Positions 36,219 to 38,241 of a DNA stretch of 38,241 nt are shown in pieces; position 1 is the first letter of the stretch; every line of letters starts with the position of its first letter. The stretch is from a virus (lineage: Duplodnaviria; Caudoviricetes): the IMG/VR virus record IMGVR_UViG_3300027785_000056, positions 1 to 38,241 of that record. One strand, written 5' to 3'. Made by a program: the position numbers and the translations under genes. The notes beneath the pieces were generated by a model, which was not told the origin of the DNA, searched no databases, and worked only from the letters and a program-made list of their open reading frames with translations.

Positions 36219-36485
36219 TTATTTGACTTTCACGCCATCGTACGAGTAGCGGATTTCGTCATTGAACTCACTGCCGACACTTTCAAGGTCGGTATGGGCG
36301 ATGAGCATTTTTAGTGCGTGGCTAATTGAAACCTTCTCGTAGGTGTAGACCGAACCGTTGCGAAACGAAACTTCCAAATCGCCATCGCGAGTGTTCAGGG
36401 CTACGAACTTGACCGACATTAGGTAACTGCTGTCGATGTCCGTAATCTCAAAACGGGTTTCGGGGAATACTAGGTGCTTGAGCAT
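36219..36485 (-). CDS. KTSC-domain protein
   Basis: DSSYL...LEVSFRNGSVYTYEKV...ESVGSEFNDEIR. Confidence 0.8.
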   Translation of the reverse strand: MLKHLVFPETRFEITDIDSSYLMSVKFVALNTRDGDLEVSFRNGSVYTYEKVSISHALKMLIAHTDLESVGSEFNDEIRYSYDGVKVK

Positions 36486-36568
36486 TTGATTTCTTTCTCT
36501 ATGGCTTGCGCTTGTATAATCAAGTGTATCAGGTCGGTGTGGCATAATGACGGATATTATGCTATTTC

Positions 36569-36721
36569 TTTTCCACAGAGTTTTCCACAGGGAAACCTTG
36601 ACACACCCCTTATTTGTTAGGTCAGCCTTACAGAGTAAGTAGTAAGACGCAACTAACCCTGCGATAGCCCCTAGACGAAAAAATGGTATTTAGTAATAAA
36701 AAATTCAAGTAAATGATTTCA
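36569..36721. promoter_or_regulatory. Operator island C: tandem DnaA boxes, IdeR/DtxR-like box, AT-rich element
   Basis: TTTTCCACA at 36569 and 36581; TTAGGTCAGCCTTAC at 36617; AAAAATGGTA...AGTAAATGATTTCA 36679-36721. Confidence 0.7.
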
Positions 36722-36746
36722 GGTTGGCCCCTGATGAACGCTTCAA

Positions 36747-36779
36747 GCCAGTAGGGAGAGAAAGAGATTCCCTACTGGC
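36747..36779. terminator. Hairpin with GAGAAAGAGAT loop (copy 2)
   Basis: GCCAGTAGGGA/TCCCTACTGGC stem. Confidence 0.7.
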
Positions 36780-36810
36780 GAGCGTTGTCTATGGGGGAAA
36801 AAGGAACCCC

Positions 36811-37227
36811 TTAGATTTTTGTGAGCATGTAATCGCGGTAGAGCGCCTGCGGCGTTTTGCCGTCAAAATCTTCGTGTAGGCGCATTGCGCCGATGAAACT
36901 ACTTACGATGCCGTACACGGACTCTGGACAGTCGTAGGAGGCACCGTCATACTCTCCGCTGGGAGAGATTGAGCCGAGAACGATTACGCGCCCGACAAGG
37001 TAGCGACCGAACAGAGCCGAAGCGATGGCGTTGTATTCCAAGCCGTGCATCAGTCCTTCATCATCTACATATCCAACGAAGTCTTCACCGCGAACGCAAT
37101 CCATCAGATTTCCGATGAGCGAGCGAAGCATTTTGCTTTGGTCTGCGAAAAGGGCTGGTGTGCCCGTTTCGACCTTTGCCCGAATTACTGTGCAGTTCGG
37201 GTCAATGATGAGTGCTGTATTTTCCAT
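36811..37227 (-). CDS. DUF3846-like protein
   Basis: LIG...YVDDEGL..GL.YN.IAS....LVG.VIVLG motif. Confidence 0.75.
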   Translation of the reverse strand: MENTALIIDPNCTVIRAKVETGTPALFADQSKMLRSLIGNLMDCVRGEDFVGYVDDEGLMHGLEYNAIASALFGRYLVGRVIVLGSISPSGEYDGASYDCPESVYGIVSSFIGAMRLHEDFDGKTPQALYRDYMLTKI

Positions 37228-37309
37228 TTTTTTGTTTCCTTTTTCTTGGGGTATGTAATAAGTATATCAGATTGTTATAGGTTATGTGCAACAATCTGAA
37301 AGTTTTTAA

Positions 37310-37557
37310 TAGCAACCCTCTAAGAAACACACAACGGAGAGAGCGACCCTCACCAATTCTTGCCCGTCGGCATGGTTGCACTTGAAGAGGAGGACGCATC
37401 GTCAGAAGAGGACGCATATTCGTGGAGGGAATCATAAAAACCCTAGGAGTTTTTAGAGGACTATCGCATGTCAGAGGCTTATCTTGGTGAGAGGCTTATC
37501 ATTCGTGGCAACCGAATCGGCTGTTATGTATTTCTTACAAGGTTGTTATTTCCTTAT
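37310..37557 (-). ncRNA. Candidate repeat-containing non-coding RNA
   Basis: Promoter TGCTATACT at 37564-37572 with no credible ORF downstream; six CCUC-containing repeats. Confidence 0.45.
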
Positions 37558-37611
37558 AAGTACAGTATAGCATGGACTCGCATGTTCCACAACTTATTCT
37601 GTAAGTTTTTT

Positions 37612-37899
37612 TTAGCAACTGACTCCTGGTTGAGTGGAGTCAGATTCCATTTCCCAGATGTACATGGCTTCACAACGGTTGCAGTGAATGATGCCATCTG
37701 TGGGTGTTGGTTCTACGAATAGAAAGTAGAACATTCTTTGGATAGCCATCTCTCCCAGGTCTTGGCTATCCCTGGAGGCGTAGGCTTCCTTGCGCATTTC
37801 CCAGGCGTGATATTCCTCGGTCTCAACGCAGGAACATAATCCCTCCGCCAGGACTTCGTGCATCCTTTGGGCAATTTCTTTGTAATCTGTTTCCTTCAT
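37612..37899 (-). CDS. Cys-containing hypothetical protein, probably leaderless
   Basis: CSC...HCNRC; TATAAT 6 nt before the ATG. Confidence 0.72.
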   Translation of the reverse strand: MKETDYKEIAQRMHEVLAEGLCSCVETEEYHAWEMRKEAYASRDSQDLGEMAIQRMFYFLFVEPTPTDGIIHCNRCEAMYIWEMESDSTQPGVSC

Positions 37900-37964
37900 A
37901 ACTATATTATAGCATGACCTCTCGGTCTTTCCAACTCCTTTGGGTTATTTGTTTGGGGGGGGTT

Positions 37965-38003
37965 GTGGGGGCGGTGGGGAGAAAGAGATACCCACCGCCC
38001 CAC
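37965..38003. terminator. Hairpin with GAGAAAGAGATA loop (copy 3)
   Basis: GGGGCGGTGGG/CCCACCGCCCC stem just after the KTSC stop codon. Confidence 0.7.
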
Positions 38004-38006
38004 GAA

Positions 38007-38234
38007 TTAAGCGGTAGCGACCCGACCGCTTACCTGCTCGAACGCGAATGCATTGCGGATGAACTTGTTAAAGAACGCTCCAGTGCTTCCTGCGCCGATG
38101 AGCGAGTAGACCATGCCTACTGGCACATTGTCGTAGCGATACGATGAGCCGTTCTTAAACACGATGTCAAGCGTGCTTCCTTCAGCGTGGTAGAAGAAAC
38201 TCTGAATGACACTACTGTCCATGACGAGTTGCAA
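38007..38234 (-). CDS. KTSC-domain protein (start may lie beyond the window)
   Basis: SSVIQSFFY....LDIVFKNGSSYRYDNVP....L..A.STGAFFNKFIR. Confidence 0.88.
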   Translation of the reverse strand: MQLVMDSSVIQSFFYHAEGSTLDIVFKNGSSYRYDNVPVGMVYSLIGAGSTGAFFNKFIRNAFAFEQVSGRVATA

Positions 38235-38241
38235 GATTGAA

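Noticed and set aside
27631-37620. CRISPR array or integron attC cassettes
   Set aside because: Repeats are dispersed at irregular distances with no fixed spacer length, there is no RYYYAAC...GTTRRRY attC structure, and no integrase or cas operon is present. The Cas4-like gene is an ordinary phage exonuclease.
1-38241. tRNA/rRNA genes, integrase, reverse transcriptase/DGR, major tail tube and tape measure genes
   Set aside because: None recognised in this window; tail genes may lie beyond the left edge, so their absence is uninformative

Overview
Segment of a tailed dsDNA phage genome with nearly all genes on the - strand. The host is probably an actinobacterium (inferred from an Rpf-type transglycosylase, a DUF732-like lipoprotein, leaderless promoters, and LexA- and IdeR/DtxR-type boxes). 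Bases 1-25.2 kb are gene-dense and late/middle: collagen-like fibre, fibre/structural proteins, neck genes, HK97-fold capsid, metallophosphoesterase, prohead protease, portal-MuF fusion, SSB, Nmad1-like protein, PD-(D/E)XK nuclease, 2OG-Fe(II) oxygenase, dual transglycosylase, HNH and terminase. From about 25.3 kb to the right end lies an early, host-takeover-like region of about 30 tiny genes, most with their own sigma70-type promoter, separated by repeated motifs. The most unusual signal is four non-coding islands (about 25.28, 27.13, 33.32 and 36.57 kb). They are tiled with matches to binding sites of different HOST proteins: LexA SOS boxes, IdeR/DtxR iron boxes, BldD-like boxes, a parS site, tandem DnaA boxes and MarR-like palindromes. 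Three of the islands end in the same 45-bp AT-rich element. Other signals are several candidate small RNAs, a hairpin family with a constant loop and variable stems, and an alternating purine-pyrimidine tract near a possible genome end. All protein and motif calls come from reading by eye; no database searches were run.
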